DNA of 64,000 nt. Source: Laetmonice hystrix. Lineage: Eukaryota. Positions 24,101 through 39,100 of this stretch are shown here, in pieces. The translations under genes and the position numbers were made by a program. The stretch covers positions 10,354,001 through 10,418,000 of the forward strand of contig OZ249445.1 of NCBI GenBank assembly GCA_965235115.1, read 5' to 3'. The notes below the pieces were generated by a model. That model ran no database searches. It had not been told where the DNA came from and saw nothing but the letters and a program-made list of their open reading frames with translations. Each line of letters starts with the position of its first letter. Within the stretch, counting starts at the first letter, position 1.

Positions 24101-27100
24101 ATGCTTTGCACTTATTTTCAGAGAAATTTGCACCAAATGTGAGCAGGATAAAATTTGACGGGGCTTTAGTTGTGTTCGATAGATGATAATTGTGGTCCAG
24201 TAGATGGTTAAAGTCATTACCCATTGATAGTAATTCAAGTATTCAAACACTGGCTAGATTGCTAAATACGGTCTTCCCTGCAAGTGTACACTGTAATACA
24301 TAAATCTGTCTAGTGGATCGGGAACAGGGAGAGACAGAGAGAGAGAGAGAGAGAGACGGGGATCTACACAGAATGACGTCATAAATTATGTCCTAACATC
24401 CATGGACTCACCTCCAAAACAAGTATTAGTAAAGGAACTGCTTTTCTTCTTCGACGTCTCATCGATAGCATGCTGCTTGGGAGGGTCCGGAGTGTCCAGG
24501 GAAAAACTTTTCATGCGCATATTCAGCTTTTTCCGACGGCGATGAGGAGGACTTTGTGGTGCTGAAAAAAAGTACCATCGATCTGGTGGTCATTCTTGGT
24601 TCAACTCCTCATACTTCATACTGCTCCTACCTCAAACTTCCTATCATGAACTTGATACTTATAGAGGATGTAAATTTAGTCATCTGAACATACAGATCTG
24701 AATACTACACATATTAAATTCTTAACTGAGATGTGAATATAGAGTAGTGAATGAAATATTACCCAAGATTTTGTGTAAAACTAATTGTGTAAAACCCGAT
24801 CAGACTGCATCATACATTTGTCACCAAGGGATAAAAACGCCTTGCTGGCTCGGATCAAAAAACTATGCAGCCTTGTGGTATCAATGCTATTTTATGGGTA
24901 ACTTAACACTGGGAACAGCCTATTACAACACTGACTTAAAATCTAATTCATGCAAAAACATCAGTAGAAGTCATCACATCTATCTGGATTACACATCTAT
25001 GAATTTATGTTAAACACATACAGCTCTGAACATGTTTTATATAAAGATAATATGTTCACAAAACTGTAAAAAAGAAATATCAAATGCCCGTGCGCGCCAT
25101 CGTAGACGGGTGATCAGCACTTGAGTGGCCTGGTGACCTATCCGAGATGTCAGAAAGAATCATACGTGAAATGACCACGTTAAACGAAAGGTCATTAGTT
25201 AAGTCGCATACCAGTGTAACAAAAACACATCAAAACCACATCAAAATTATCCTATTCTCTGATGATATTACAAAGAAAGAACTCAAACTTGCATGGTAGC
25301 CATATCGTCAGCACGTATGGCCTATGTGCAGGTTTGATTCACAGGACATATATATAGTGACATCTAAACGACGTGCCACACGTGTATCCCCTGGATCCTA
25401 TCTAAAAATGGATGTCGTCAATTGGGGTCTCACAGTGACGTGCTGAAATTATAATTCATTTTTTAATCTTAAAAAAGTACCGGGTGTACAACAGTATTAT
25501 CATCCAATTGCATATGTGTGTGGCTCTCCACCTGCCTGCAAGCATGTGGACAGAACGGGGACCATGAGTATAGGTAGGGGTGAGGTAAACAGGTGTGTGA
25601 AGGACACTGACTGCCCAGAATATACAGGGCAGGTGTGTCTGTGACGTAAGGAAACTACAGCTAGAAATCTTATATTTACTACTGGTGGGTGACGGACAAC
25701 GACTGCCACCGACAACAGGTATTACAGGGGGATCATTACACACTGCTATCGGTTAAAGATTAAAACAACTCTCTCATCGTGATTACCTCAAAAAGTGATG
25801 ATAATCATGGTTTATATCCATCACAAAAGAATTATTTAGGTGTAATCAAAAGCAAATCTGAGGGGTTAAGTTGGTAAACAGTAAGAAGCAGGGAGGCCTA
25901 ATGTGCAGGGCGGTGAGCATCAATCGACCGTTGCATGGAGCACAGACGGCTATCAAGGCACATCTAGCACAACGGCACGTCTAATTACATTGCTCGGCCG
26001 CCATTACAGCATCGCGCGATACTTTGGATTCGCCCCACAAATGGCGATCTTGAGCCCCGCCACTCAGCGGCCGATCGCCGCCACTGGACCGTCGCCCGCT
26101 CGACGAGCGATGCGGTGAGCTACTCGACGAGCGAGTTCGCGACTGGGCCGCCGACTCCTGTTGGGGTTGTTGCTGAGATTGTTGTTGCTGTAGTTGTTGT
26201 TGTGAATGTGTGTCCGGGATAGTGATGAACTCATCAATGTTCTTCTTCAAATGAGATCGGGTCACGTGATCATAATCTGGAAAGTGCAAAGAAACATTTG
26301 AATAAACACGATTTTTATCTTCTTTTCACTTGATGGGAAGAGCAAGGGGTTACTATGGAAGGAACAATCCAAAATTATTTTTTTATAGTATAAATTTTTT
26401 CTATCAATTCACTTAATCGACAATTATAACATATAATTCCTGATGAATATATGTCCCTAAATATCTCATTTTGCATTTCTTACAACCGAAAATTGTGCTA
26501 CAATAATAACATTCCAATTCTTCTCCAATGCAGTTAGGCACCTTAAGTAATGAACTTACAAACAGAAGGGGTGTTGACTTGCAAAGGAATATAGCTTACT
26601 TGTATAGACGGATGTGCGAAAGCATTTCTGCTTTTCTATAATCAAGAACAGAACAAAATTTGTTACTACGCTATAAACGTGTTGTTGACCCACCCGGTTG
26701 GCGTCCCGTTACCTTGACAACACGTGTCGGTGCCGTCCTTAAAAAGTTGTCAAACACCGTGCAAATCTACCAGCAGGAGTAGGCAGGGTGTGTCTCAGCG
26801 AGTCTGAGAATAGTGTTACATCTTTACGTACAGAACTGACTGCGTGCAAAAATGACGAGTTATCAATGTAAAGTAAAGCAGTATATCAAGTGTAAGCAAC
26901 TATTTAGGCATAATACTTGGTGTTCTCTGGCGTCCAACCGGGACTCGGCATATGGAGCATTTGGAGAATTTAATAAACGACAATGTGTATTGTTTTTTTT
27001 TCAAAACGATAAGTGACATTTGGGGTGGGGTGGGGGGGGGGGGTCACTACGTCAGAAAACGTCAAGTATTTCAGTGACCTTGCCATTATCATACAGATTA

Positions 27101-30100
27101 TAACTATCAACTATTAAAAACGGACAATATAAATAGGCAAAATTAAACCTTTATTCAGGTTTGTAACGTTTCCAAGACTCAGGCATAAGTAATGAGAAGG
27201 TGTATAGACAGAAGCACTTGGATAGATAACGGTGAAGTAATAATTTAACTGGGTATTGACCAATGATCTCGGTTTACACTTAGTTCATAGAAAGGGCCTG
27301 GGTAAATACATCCAAAACTTAAATAAAATTCTGATATCAACATTACATACATTATCGAAGGAGAATTTTCGACTCGTATGTAAGATTCTCCGTCTCCAAG
27401 GCCAACTTGTGATTTCAGAATAAGGAGTGCGAATACTTATCGTTGTTTTTTAAGGAGGTGAATTCATGGGGGTCCATGACCATTGTTTTCTTCTCTCACT
27501 TTTTTCAACATTTCTGCGTTTTTACAACCCGTTGTGGGATTGGACTACATTGGATGAGGGACACTGAGTGCATCTGATGTGAGTGCTTTAAGAGGAATGT
27601 GAAGGTTGAAAGAACATCGACACAATGTGCAGGGACAACATCCCAGCTGAGTGCTCAAACACCTGCCGCCCTGCCGTCAAGCCATACATAACCATGACAA
27701 CAACTGGTCGGATTGAGACAGCAGCCTGCAGGAGGGATGGACACACTGGGAGTCACATGGCGGAATACAGTGGACACATCGAAACACTTAGACGACTGCA
27801 CACTTGTACTGGTCATCATTGTGGTGTTCTCCCGAGGATCGGGTGTCTTAGCGAACTATACCGTTTCCAATATAAACGATTGTCCCTCCATCCTGCACAC
27901 TCAGATTTCTGTATCCTGCGTACTCTATGCCATTATCAAATTTTGAGCATAGATTCAAGAATCTTCCTAGACTATAAAAAGGACACACAAAAGGACTCCT
28001 TTGTGTAGACGGGCACAATGGAGTTCTTTTGTGGACAAATGTTTGTGAAACTTGGCTCGTAATTGTGTATTTTAAACATATAAATCACGTCATAAAAAAG
28101 AGACTGGCCCTGCTCTCTAAGAGCTCGTAATCCTGGCAGAACCCCCAAAAGACGAGAAACTATTAAACTTCACGACAAACTTAGACTGTATTTATAATTG
28201 CCTTGTTGTTTTTCGGCCAGGTTTCCGTAGAGTTCCAGCCTCCGTTTTTCCCACGGTGCCATGGTCTCCACCTCCAGGGTGTTGCTACTCCGGCGGCGAA
28301 CCGAGATTGACGGGTCGCCCAGTGTCGGCTGGGTGTCGATCATCAACACCCGCTGTTGGGTACTTGGGCTCCGGTCCCCGTCACGTGGGGCCTGGAAGCG
28401 GGGCGTGGACTGGCCACCGGGACTGCGGTCACGACCCGAGTCGGAGGTCGTCCGTGGGGAGGTCTGACTGCTGCGCCGGACGTGCTGGGAGCCGGCGGAC
28501 GGCAGCATGTCGCCCTGGTCCCGGGGTCCCTCCCCGTGAACGACCCCTCGAGGCGAACTCTGGATCAGGGCCCGAGAGGAGCCCTGGTGGCGCAGCTGCC
28601 TGCCCGGACTTTTCTCCCGGTCACGATGGGAGTCCGACTTAGACCGGTCTCGGTGTGACTTGGGAGCGTCAGTGTGGGGCTGTTTTCCCTGAGACTCGCC
28701 CTGTCCACGATATGTGTCACTCGGTCGGCCATGACCTCGGTCTGATTGACCTGCTGACCTTAAAAGGTCGCGATCGGACTTCCCTTGTGCCCTTAACAAA
28801 TCTCTCTGACTTTTGCCCCGGTGTATTTCCGGTGTTCCGCGATATGTATCAGATTTAGTCCTATGGTGAGTTCCCTCTGGACCAGCCTTGGTCGTTCTGG
28901 TGGGCTCAGAAGGACCTCTGGGGGAGAGACCTCTCAAAGAGTCAGGCCTTCCGTGGTGCCGCACCCTTTCCCTGCTCCTGTCCCTATCATGTTCTCTATC
29001 ACGGTCTCTCTCCACTTCTACCTGACTCCTTGATATGTCCGGACCCTTGAGGCGAGCGGGCACCTTGTCAAGCTCAGAGTACCTGCGGTGCCGGTCAGGT
29101 TGCCTTGGGCTGTCGGTCTGCTGGGCGCGGTGTTGGACACTAGGACTTCTGTCCCGAGGAGAGTCAGGGAGGCTTCGCTGTGAATCGGATCCACTCTGGC
29201 CTCTGGGACTTTTGTCCCGCGGTGAATCGGATCCACTCTGGCCTCTGGGACTTTTGTCCCGCGGTGAATCGGATCCACTCTGGCCTCTGGGACTTCTATC
29301 CCGCGGTGAATCGGATCCACTCTGGCCTCTGGGACTTCTGTCTCGGGGTGAATCGGGGAGGTTTCTACGGTCCCTCGGGGTGTCTCCACGAGGTGACAGG
29401 CCTTTAGCTGGACTCTTGGGACTTTTGACGGGGGATTTACTGTCGTCCTGTTTTGACTGTTGCTGTTTTTGATAGAACTGCTGCTGCTGTTGCTGTTGTT
29501 GCAGCTGCTGGTAGTGCTGTTGATATCGACCTTCACAAAGCCCCGCTGTATCCTGCGTTTCTATCACTGTAAAGGTAGAAAATGAAGAAGCACTAACATC
29601 CTGATGATTATGTCAACCTAAAATATATCAACCTGAGATCCTAGATGGAAATTTTTTTTCTATGACTATTTTGTTCATATCTCTTTGAGTTTGCCTGCTG
29701 TTGATGACCTACCATTGACCTCCCTGTTGCTGTCCTGTGTATCACGGGGTTCAATGGGGGAGGTGGCCTGGAGGATGGCGTCCACGTCAATAGACACCTG
29801 TGGGTCGAGGGTGAAGTGGGCGCTGGCGCTGCGTCTCTCGGGCTGCCCTATGTAAAACATGGGGTCCCGGCGGCTCGACGACGACGTGGATGTCACCGCT
29901 ATACCATCCGAAGTGGGGTCTGAAAGAAGATTTGCCACAAATAAAATTACTTTTTGTACATTCAAATATAACTGTAACCCTCTCGACTTAAATGTCTTCC
30001 CAGGAATAACTCTATAACTGTCCTATCAATCGAGTTATTAAACGACAGATATTTCTGGAGTTGTATAAATATTAGTTCCCTTAAAGGCCGGGATTCGTTA

Positions 30101-33100
30101 CCACCTGATAACGTTGACTTCAGCTGACCTTGCTCCACTGGTTCAGGCCATTTTGAATAGGACATGCTGAGCTGTTACCTCAGTATTTCAGACGGTTCCA
30201 TGGCTGTGAATTATCATAGGGATTTCTGGACTTTGACATTTTATGCGCTAGGGAATAGGGCAGGTAAGTGTACAGGTACCGGTATATTTGAAGGTTTGTA
30301 CCAGCAAATATTGGCTACACTAAGAAAAAATATTTCTTTTACACTTTCCTGGAATGTGTTGTCCTAAAGAACTCAATTTAAGTTAATTTCTTAATGATAC
30401 AATCTCCTTAGCGCAATAGATACAGTTTCAGAAAGTAGATAGTAATTACACACGACACAATATAATGCATTCCGTGCAGTATTGCACAGAATACGCAATT
30501 ATTGGCTAAACGACATTCTAAACTTGTATTAAATGTAGAACAATATTTGTCTTTGTAAGTGCCCGTGACACTAGGCCCCAAAGCAACATTGGGTACCAAC
30601 AAAGACAAACGAGTGTACAGTCTGGGTAATGCAGAATCCCCTCACACCAATGATGGGATAGATGAGGGAAAGGGCATGTCCAACTCGCAGGCTGACATAT
30701 ACATGTATCATGTACAGTAACTACATCGAATAACGAGATTTTGAAAAACAACTCATGCCCTCGATATAATTCTTAAATAACTGATAGAAAATGGCATTAT
30801 ATAAAATTCCAATATAACTATGATTAAATAACACCATAAGCATGCCGGGGCATCAAATTGGAAAAGGGAATACAGGCAAATTGATAACATAATGATATGA
30901 GAAATAACAGTGCCTACCTAATCCGTAAACGTCTATGAAATAAAGAAAATACACAAACAGGATAAAATACATTTTAAGTAATATCGTTTGTTTACACCTA
31001 TGAAGCTGTTTCACTGAGGTCCACTAATACGGGCTACAAGCGAACCGGCAACCACATCTCCACAGGACATCGTCTCACAAAACAACGCCGTCTGGGATTC
31101 CCACCAAGTCACACCAAACTTCACCATGACTGCTAGAGGGTGTACTGTGACGTAGGGGGGCGTACTGGACGTACTGTGACGTAGCCAGCCATACGTGCCT
31201 TTGGTATCCTCAGTGATCGTACTGTGCACCGTTGCCTGCACGGGAATTTTCGACCTCTGCGCTAGAGCGTCCTGCCCCTGACCTTGACCCGCTCTGACCT
31301 GACAATATTTTTGGATGTTGGCCTGGCCCAGGCAGGGGTCATAGTCTGGGTCAAGGTCATGCTGGATGGTGGTGAATGCAGAGGAAGTGAGCTGCAGCGA
31401 CAGTCGTTTCATACGAGGCATGTTGCGCATGCTCTGTGCAGTCAACGCTGAGGAGAGGAAAACAATGGATGAACACGCGCGCATGCGTGTGTGTGCACGT
31501 GTGTGTGTGTGAAACATGTCAATCAGTGAATCATCCAAGTGTATCACACAGGCCTACGTCCAACTTTCATCAGGTCACACATGCAATTTGTAATCTCAAG
31601 TTTCTATATACTGTGGACAGCATTTTAAAAAAGTAACCTATACAACAATTAGCTGATCTAAAAACGTCTCCTATCGTATAACCGATACAACCGATACAAA
31701 GCTTTTGCAATTTTTCAGATTTGTTATAAAAGTGGGTGAGTGATCAATTCACTTTAATTGAACTTTTAATCAGTCTTTTAATCACACATTTTGGCAGAGC
31801 TAAATTGGTACTACGGAAATATTGTGGAGTGAAACCAAATATGAATGTACAAAACTAATATGAATTCGTTCACTTTAAAGAGATGTAGCAACAGCTAGGG
31901 TGCACTTAACAGGGTTCCCACTAAGGCTGCACACTCAACGATATCGAACCTCATAAAAGCAGGGAAAGAGTTTGTTCCGATAGAGAGGGCAAAACATAAT
32001 TAGACCAAGCATGTAAATGTTGGTAGTATCATCACATGATGCCAGCGAAATCTCCACCTGATCTATCCAATTTGTGTGCACCCTGTTGTAGGTCCTACGG
32101 ATAAGCGATCATGCAACATGGATCACAGTTGAATTGTGCCAGATGTTTGGTGAACTGACGGCGTTTGTTCTAACCCGTTCTAACGGCACTCCAAGACAAC
32201 AGTGCTTGGTCTGTATAAGCGGCACTCTCTGTATATTATGCACAACTGAAATCATAGGCTGACTGCTTGGTGGTATATGAAGACTGCAGTGAGTTAATGA
32301 CCGCCACTATCGGGTCGTGCAGCCTTGACTGTGGGAGTCTGAGAACTACGGAATGCCTTCTGACTTCTGGCTCTTACCATCATTTACCTCAGACGCCCCC
32401 AGTTTTCACGATCTTTTGAAATATTTACATTATTACTTCAGAAATATAGGTAAGGAAGTACCTGAATAGGTGGTTTGGGGTCCATCTGCCACATTATAAT
32501 ATAATGAAACCAAGAAAGAATAACCACATAATCTGCCATTTGTACATTTTGTTATTGGCGTGTGCCTGGGCAAAGGTGAGCAATGGCGGCGCTAGAGAGG
32601 CAGGGGGGGATTTCCCCCTGAAATATTGCTTGCTCCCTGTACTTCTCGCTGATATTCCAAAAGCTTCCAAAGACATACGGTTTGCCCTTCTAAATTTCTT
32701 TGTGCCTCCGTTGTCTCCCTGAATGATTAAATCTGGCGCCGCCACTGAAAGCGAGTTGATTATTTCAGACCATTTCATAAATCCAATTAGAGATGTGTTT
32801 CGAACGTACATTTATGTTAGAGTTATACATTTATAATATATATTGAAGGTTGCGCACCTGTTTTTGGGTGTTCGTACTGGCCTTCTGAGACGGCCGTCCA
32901 GGAGTGGGCCTTGGTCTGGGGGGCCAACTGCTGTTGCTGCTCCTCATCATCATCGTAATATGGCGAGTCCATGGAGAGGCTGCGGCCCTCCATCAATAGA
33001 AGTAATCGTTTGTGTTTGGCCTTCATCACCTTCCTCGGAACGCCAGGACTGGTCTCGATCACCGACGGCTGGCGGCTGACACCCGCCGACACTGCAGCAC

Positions 33101-36100
33101 CACAATACGTACGTTCATATCTAATCAATCACCGACCAATCCACAACCATTACAATTACTTACACACAACTTATTCCCTCTCTATGTCTTTTCAGCTAAA
33201 TTTAGTAACATCCGAACTCGGGATTCTCTGCAAAGTCGGTCATACTTTATTTTCTAAATAACTCCAATGTAAGTTGAAACTGGAGCCCCCCCCCCTGCAG
33301 GGGCTGCAGGGCAGACATTCCTCAAACTCTAAAGACTAATACTAACACTAACCCTAACACAAACCCATCACTAATCCTAAAACCGAAAGAAAATACCCCT
33401 AATCCATACACGAATTCATTCTAGGCAAAATAATGGTAGAAAAAGATAAATCCGTAGGGGGTTCGAACTAGCGTCCTATTGATTCAAGCGTGAGGAATGT
33501 CTGCCTTGTGCAAAAATCCAGGAATTGGAGGGGGGTTGAGTACAGGATGATTACCTGGGGTGGCACCGCCGGTGTCACCACCGGCACCGGCCGGTGTGGT
33601 GGCCTGAGGCGGGGTGAAGGCCGGTTCCTTGGAAACCTCCTTCCACACGTTTTCTTTCATGGCCTCCCGCTCCCACTTCTCATGCTCAGACGCCGACCCG
33701 TCCTCTGTGTCACACGACATGCTCCGCTGGTAACGCAGCATCCTGGGTCCGTGAGCTTTTGTTAGAAACAGACAGCGGATTACGGTCAGCTCACAAACAC
33801 CGCCAACAACTCACCAGGTTCTGAAACAAACCAGGCCTCGCGGCGAAAATTCAGTAAGAGGGGGATAAACGGGGAGACAACACACAAACTCATTGAGTGG
33901 AAGGTGGAGAATGGGCTAGAAAGGAAACACAGGAGAAGTGGGGTGATTTGTGGAGATGGTCGCCGGGTCCTTGGGTCGACTGGAACCGGACCCATTGTTG
34001 GCGTGGAGACAGACCACCTTCAATTACTCAACCACAAACTGATGCCAGGTGGTGTGAACTGAGTCCAAATGGTCCAAATCTGAATGCAATATTTCTGATC
34101 ATTCTAATTTAAACATACTTAAACATCGTGGAAACATTTAGCCTGGAGGTGAGCTGTCTGCTACATAATATATACTGTTGTATTTCTGTGTTTCTTGATG
34201 TTTCCCTAGTAACTGGCCCATATTTACCATGTTAGAGATCGTTCATTTCTATACTAACTTGGTATCTAATAATGTTGAAAATTGATTGTAACTTTTAGGA
34301 ACTTCAATTCAACTTTTTTCAATTGAATCAGCTATCAAATGTCACTGAAACAATCACCCTCAAATAAAGCAGAAATGATGCAAATAAAGTAGAACATAGG
34401 TTTACAATATGAACAGATGTTGGGTTGCTGTGCTTAGTCAACGTTTCAATGAGGAGAGGATTGACCATTCGCTCAGCAGATCACTATTATAAAGCCTAAA
34501 AAGCAGGTTTTTTTGGGTGCACGTCTAAAAATGAGACGGCTTACAAGCATTCTAGAGTCGTTTTTGGTATATATATATATATGACCCCGTCGACAAAACA
34601 TGCCTATTTTCTTAGATAACCATGATCTGAAGACTTCCTGGCTGTCCGGTGGAAGGGACACCCTATTCACATGAAGGACCCTGTATATGGTTAAAATATA
34701 CGGTTTAACAAGACGAGTGATCACAGCTTTCATTTAGTATTATCTTTAACCAAACAAGACAGGAGCAGCAGCAACCCAAATCAATGACATGACATTGCAA
34801 CTTCGTGAATTCATAGAGATGATAGAAATTACTGGGAAAGATTCGTCCTTTTAGAATGAGGAGAGCTAACTGCAGCATACACCGCACAGAGATTGAGTTC
34901 TAATAAAATATTGATATAATTTATAGATTATATCATCTCAGGAATGAAGCCGCACACATTCCACTGATGGTGATAAACATAACAAGACGGACTAAAACTG
35001 GACAATCAAGGTGGACCTATCTACATATGACACAATATTCAATATATATATGTACAAACATATATTTTGGGGCACGATTCACTTACACTGACCGTTGCTG
35101 GATTACGTCACCTTACAAAATGATATATCTCTGGTAATTTCATGATTGGTTCTAACTTGGAGGAACAATTAGACCTCTATAGATTCTACTATTCCTGCAA
35201 GGTTCCAAGAATAATTTTGAAGTGGAATACATCTTTTTGCATGATCAGTAGTTGTGTTTAGTTTGTGAGAATCCGTCAGCGGTGTAAAGTGAGCCTGAAG
35301 CTGTTGGTGATAGGGTGGGGAGGGGACAATGAATGCAGTAAGCCATCTACAAACGGAAGCATGCCTTCTCTGTCCCTCGACGCCTGTGTCATGGCGGTGA
35401 AACTGTGTGAGCGCTCGGCCATGTCGTTGTCGCCGTCCATGTCCAGTTTTTGTTGTTCATGTGAGTGAGCATAGGGCGTGTCCAGGGACTGTGACTTGGT
35501 CTCCTGCATAAATCGTACCCGTCGGTCCTTGGCCGTCCTCACTACAGCTGGGAGTCAGCCAATCACAGTGAAAGAGCTCTTATATCGGCGACTCCGGTGA
35601 CAAAAAGACATACACACACATGCTAATATATGGACACACACATTGGGTCAGCCCTGACGGTCTCAACCCCGCCTTGCCGTGTCAAGATGAAACTATCGTC
35701 GCTCAATCAGTCAATGATTGCATAATCATTTGACTGGTAACAACATGAAGACATGTATACGTTAGAGAAAAGTAATAACAAATCAATCAGTCATTCTGAT
35801 TGAGGCATGACAATGATTGTGGTTATTTATTACTTCACTTAACACTGACAGCCTCCCACGTGTGCGATCAACTTTAATATGCAAGTACATAAGTGTCAAT
35901 GTGCGCATCATATGGAACAAGGCTTTGTGCTCACGTGCATTTTGGTTTGTATGTAAACAACACTAAGCATAGAGAAACAAATGTATGATAAAAGTAATCA
36001 CATCCAGTATAAAATGATTGCCTCAATAGACAAAAAGGAAAGACCCAAATAATAAGTTATACTGGCTGATCAGCGCGTCAGCCTGCTGATTCAGCAACAT

Positions 36101-39100
36101 AGGCTTAACGTAAACCACCAATTAAAGCAAACATATGTACAGGGTTTGTTTCAGATGATCTAATGTAAAAAATCAAATAGAAATTCATAACTCTTTACAT
36201 GTTACTGCAAAGATGCTGAATATTAATCTTTGACTTTGTATAAATATCCATGAAAGATGCATTGATGAGACGACAAATTATATTAATTATCAAGAGACTT
36301 CCCCAAAATTAGAAATCGTGCAAAAGTCGGAGAGAGTCGAGAGAATATAAAGAGCCATACTCGTAAGCCCGCAGGTAGAATTCAAGCCTTGCAAGGAAAA
36401 AAATAATGATAGAGGAATTAATTACAAACTACGCCGAGCTGGTTTGTAATCTATGATCCTATCTGATCGATGTGAAAACCCCAACCGACTTACTTGCCGA
36501 GACAAATCCTGGATCTTTTTTATACGACTCGACGGCCATGATACAAGCAAGTATTGAGGTTGTGGCATTTGAACACATGTACATGTACGTTTTGTATCTA
36601 ACATTACATTGTCTACCCGTGGACACCTTTGGAAGCACGGGCCCAGTTTTCTAACTGGCTGGTCTACTGCAACCAGCCAGAAGCAATAAGTTTAAGCTTA
36701 AAAACAGAACCCTGTTTCGCCGATCTCCCAGTCAGGTGTGCCCCTCGACACTACGAGCCTCCCTTCCCAACCGAGCAGGTCGATGAGGTTGGGAGAACTG
36801 TGTGAAGTCAGGAGAGGGCCGGGGGTACCCCCACTACACTCTGGGTCCCCAAGACGGAACTAGATTTTTATAACAAGGCTGGGGCGCAAATCTAAAAGGG
36901 TCTTCTGTAATCTGACGTAAGAAAAAAGTTCTATTGTCTCGAGTAAATAAGGGCGACTTGAGAAGCGAGGACGAATACTAGTGTTCTATGCAAATGACGC
37001 AGAAAACATGCATAGATACATATTATTTACTTGTCAGACGGACAGCCATATGGGCCGACCTTTAAGAAGTGCTATAACATGATACTAATAATCTCCTTCC
37101 AGCAGAACCAGTTTGAAGGGTTCGCCTTCACCAAGACAGTCATCACGTCAACGGTTTCTCATTACGTACTTCATTAGTTTCTATCTTTTCATGACAGAGG
37201 GACGCCCAGACGCTGGGCTACATGCTCCACTTGTAATGGGGCGAAATAGGAAATGAAGAACCATGCCCAAAGGCCACCATGTGCATACAGAATAAATGAA
37301 TACCTACTTCTACGTCAATTTGAGGATTTGAGAAAACTGGTCGCAGTTCAAGACAAAGCAGAGTTATATTGTACAAAAGGAGCAGCCTTTGAAATCACTA
37401 GTTCCACCCCTGTTTCAATAGTATGAAAAGAAGGGAAAAGTCGCATACCACAGATGTAATTAAAAGAATATTATATGATGACATTTGCCTTCCGTGTACG
37501 GTTGGTGTGAGTTGAGCCAGGGTTCGGCAGCCATGACCTCTCCACTGTCAGTGTACGAGTAGGGTTCCTCTAGTGACTGGCTCCGAGACTTCAGCCCACG
37601 CAAACTTCGCCACCCTGACAACGTGCCAACTCAACCCTTAACCACAGCCAATTAATGTTAATAAATGTCCGAAAAACCGGGGGGTGCTGTAAATACGTAC
37701 AATTAACCGAGGTTAGGGGAAGTGTAAAACACAAACTCCAACCTCGAGGTGAATACAGATTGCCGTTGGAACCACACTGGCTTTACTATCTATACCCACC
37801 ACGTGTTGTAATGGTTGAAAGACAATTAGAGTATACATTCCACGTGTTATACCACTGTTAGCCCTCTACCTACCACGTATTTTAGTTCGGTTTATCTGGC
37901 TATCATATCACAATGGCTGTCATAAGACTGACCATAAAGCCTTGTTGTACTTGGTAATTTTCATATTATGACCAACCTGAGAATTATTTCGAAAGTGTTT
38001 CCGTATCTGTACCCTCAGATGGGATCCAGGGGGCGGGGGTCTGCCTAAACCCCTAATGGTCAATGACAAGTGTTTGTTTATTTCAAACATTAAAGACCCC
38101 CCCCCCCCCCCCCCACCACCACTACCACCACCATTCATGCACAACCTTTGGCAGGGTGCACCTTGAGTTCCTACGATCGACACTAGGGGGCAATAGTGTG
38201 TCTCATCTGCAGGATGCGGTCACGGATCTCCCAACTAATCTACAGGAGCAGAGCGAGTCGGGCAGGACGCTGGACTACTGGCAATGACGTTATAGACCTG
38301 GATACTTCGTCTTTATATTAGGTGCGTTTTACAAGCTGTCATTAACTTGTATCGTTAAAGCCAATGCATTTTCAATGGGGAATTTAACGCACGACAAGAT
38401 CGTTGTGAAACGCACCCCTGGCAGAGCCCCGTTTTTCCGACGTCAGTGTCTTGCATACAATTAATACGAAATCATAACTGAAGTTTGGTCACAAACCTTC
38501 ACTTTCAATGCTATCATGAAAAGTGTCCTACTACTATGTCGTAGTAGGCCCCTAAATATAAATCCTGCAATCCAAACACTGGCAGATAGGCTTACCTAAA
38601 TAAGACGAACAAAACCAATATCTCAATATTGTAAGGGAGAACTAGCTTCCGTAACTATTAGGCCTACCCCTAAAACACATTCACTCGACCCATCCTCATC
38701 CGAGGGGTAAAACCACTTTGACCTATTACAACATCTTATGCTTCTTTTCGATGAAAGATCTTTGGCCTTGACTGAAACTTACGCAAAACGTTGAGAATTA
38801 CATGGTCGACATGATGGGTTGATGAGCGGCTGTTGACCTTCTCTAACAGTGCTTCATTCCCTGCCTGACTCGCCGTATCATCATGTACTAAGGACTGGTA
38901 GGCGGAAAGGATAATGGCCATATGATTTGGATCACCCGTCAGGCTACAGCCTGAACCCGGCACCAGCCGCCTAACCTGGCTATACGTCAGTCACGTGTAG
39001 TGCCAGCCAGGAGGCCCCAGTTTTTGCCCCGCCCTCCCCCGCTAAAATAACCCCGCTTGACGTCAGAGCAGGGCCACGGCCGGATCAGGTGGCCCACCGG

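Noticed and set aside
28256-29536. Multiple + strand and alternative-frame ORFs overlapping the giant exon
   Set aside because: Shadow ORFs of GC-rich repetitive coding sequence.
32494-32811. 105-aa ORF with a good acceptor and RRANRMSLE, resembling the cassette motif
   Set aside because: It falls within a TIR-bounded MITE (32581-32747), and no phase-1 GT donor was found.
33815-33995. Possible extra exon (..REAWFVSEP|gtgagt) upstream of the 33755 exon
   Set aside because: The implied intron is only 59 nt, there is no clear acceptor or start context, and the ORF is low-information; not supportable without reads.
37100-37177. QNQFEGFAFT on the + strand, resembling an AGC-kinase hydrophobic motif
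   Set aside because: Isolated 10-aa match with no other kinase sequence nearby; likely chance.
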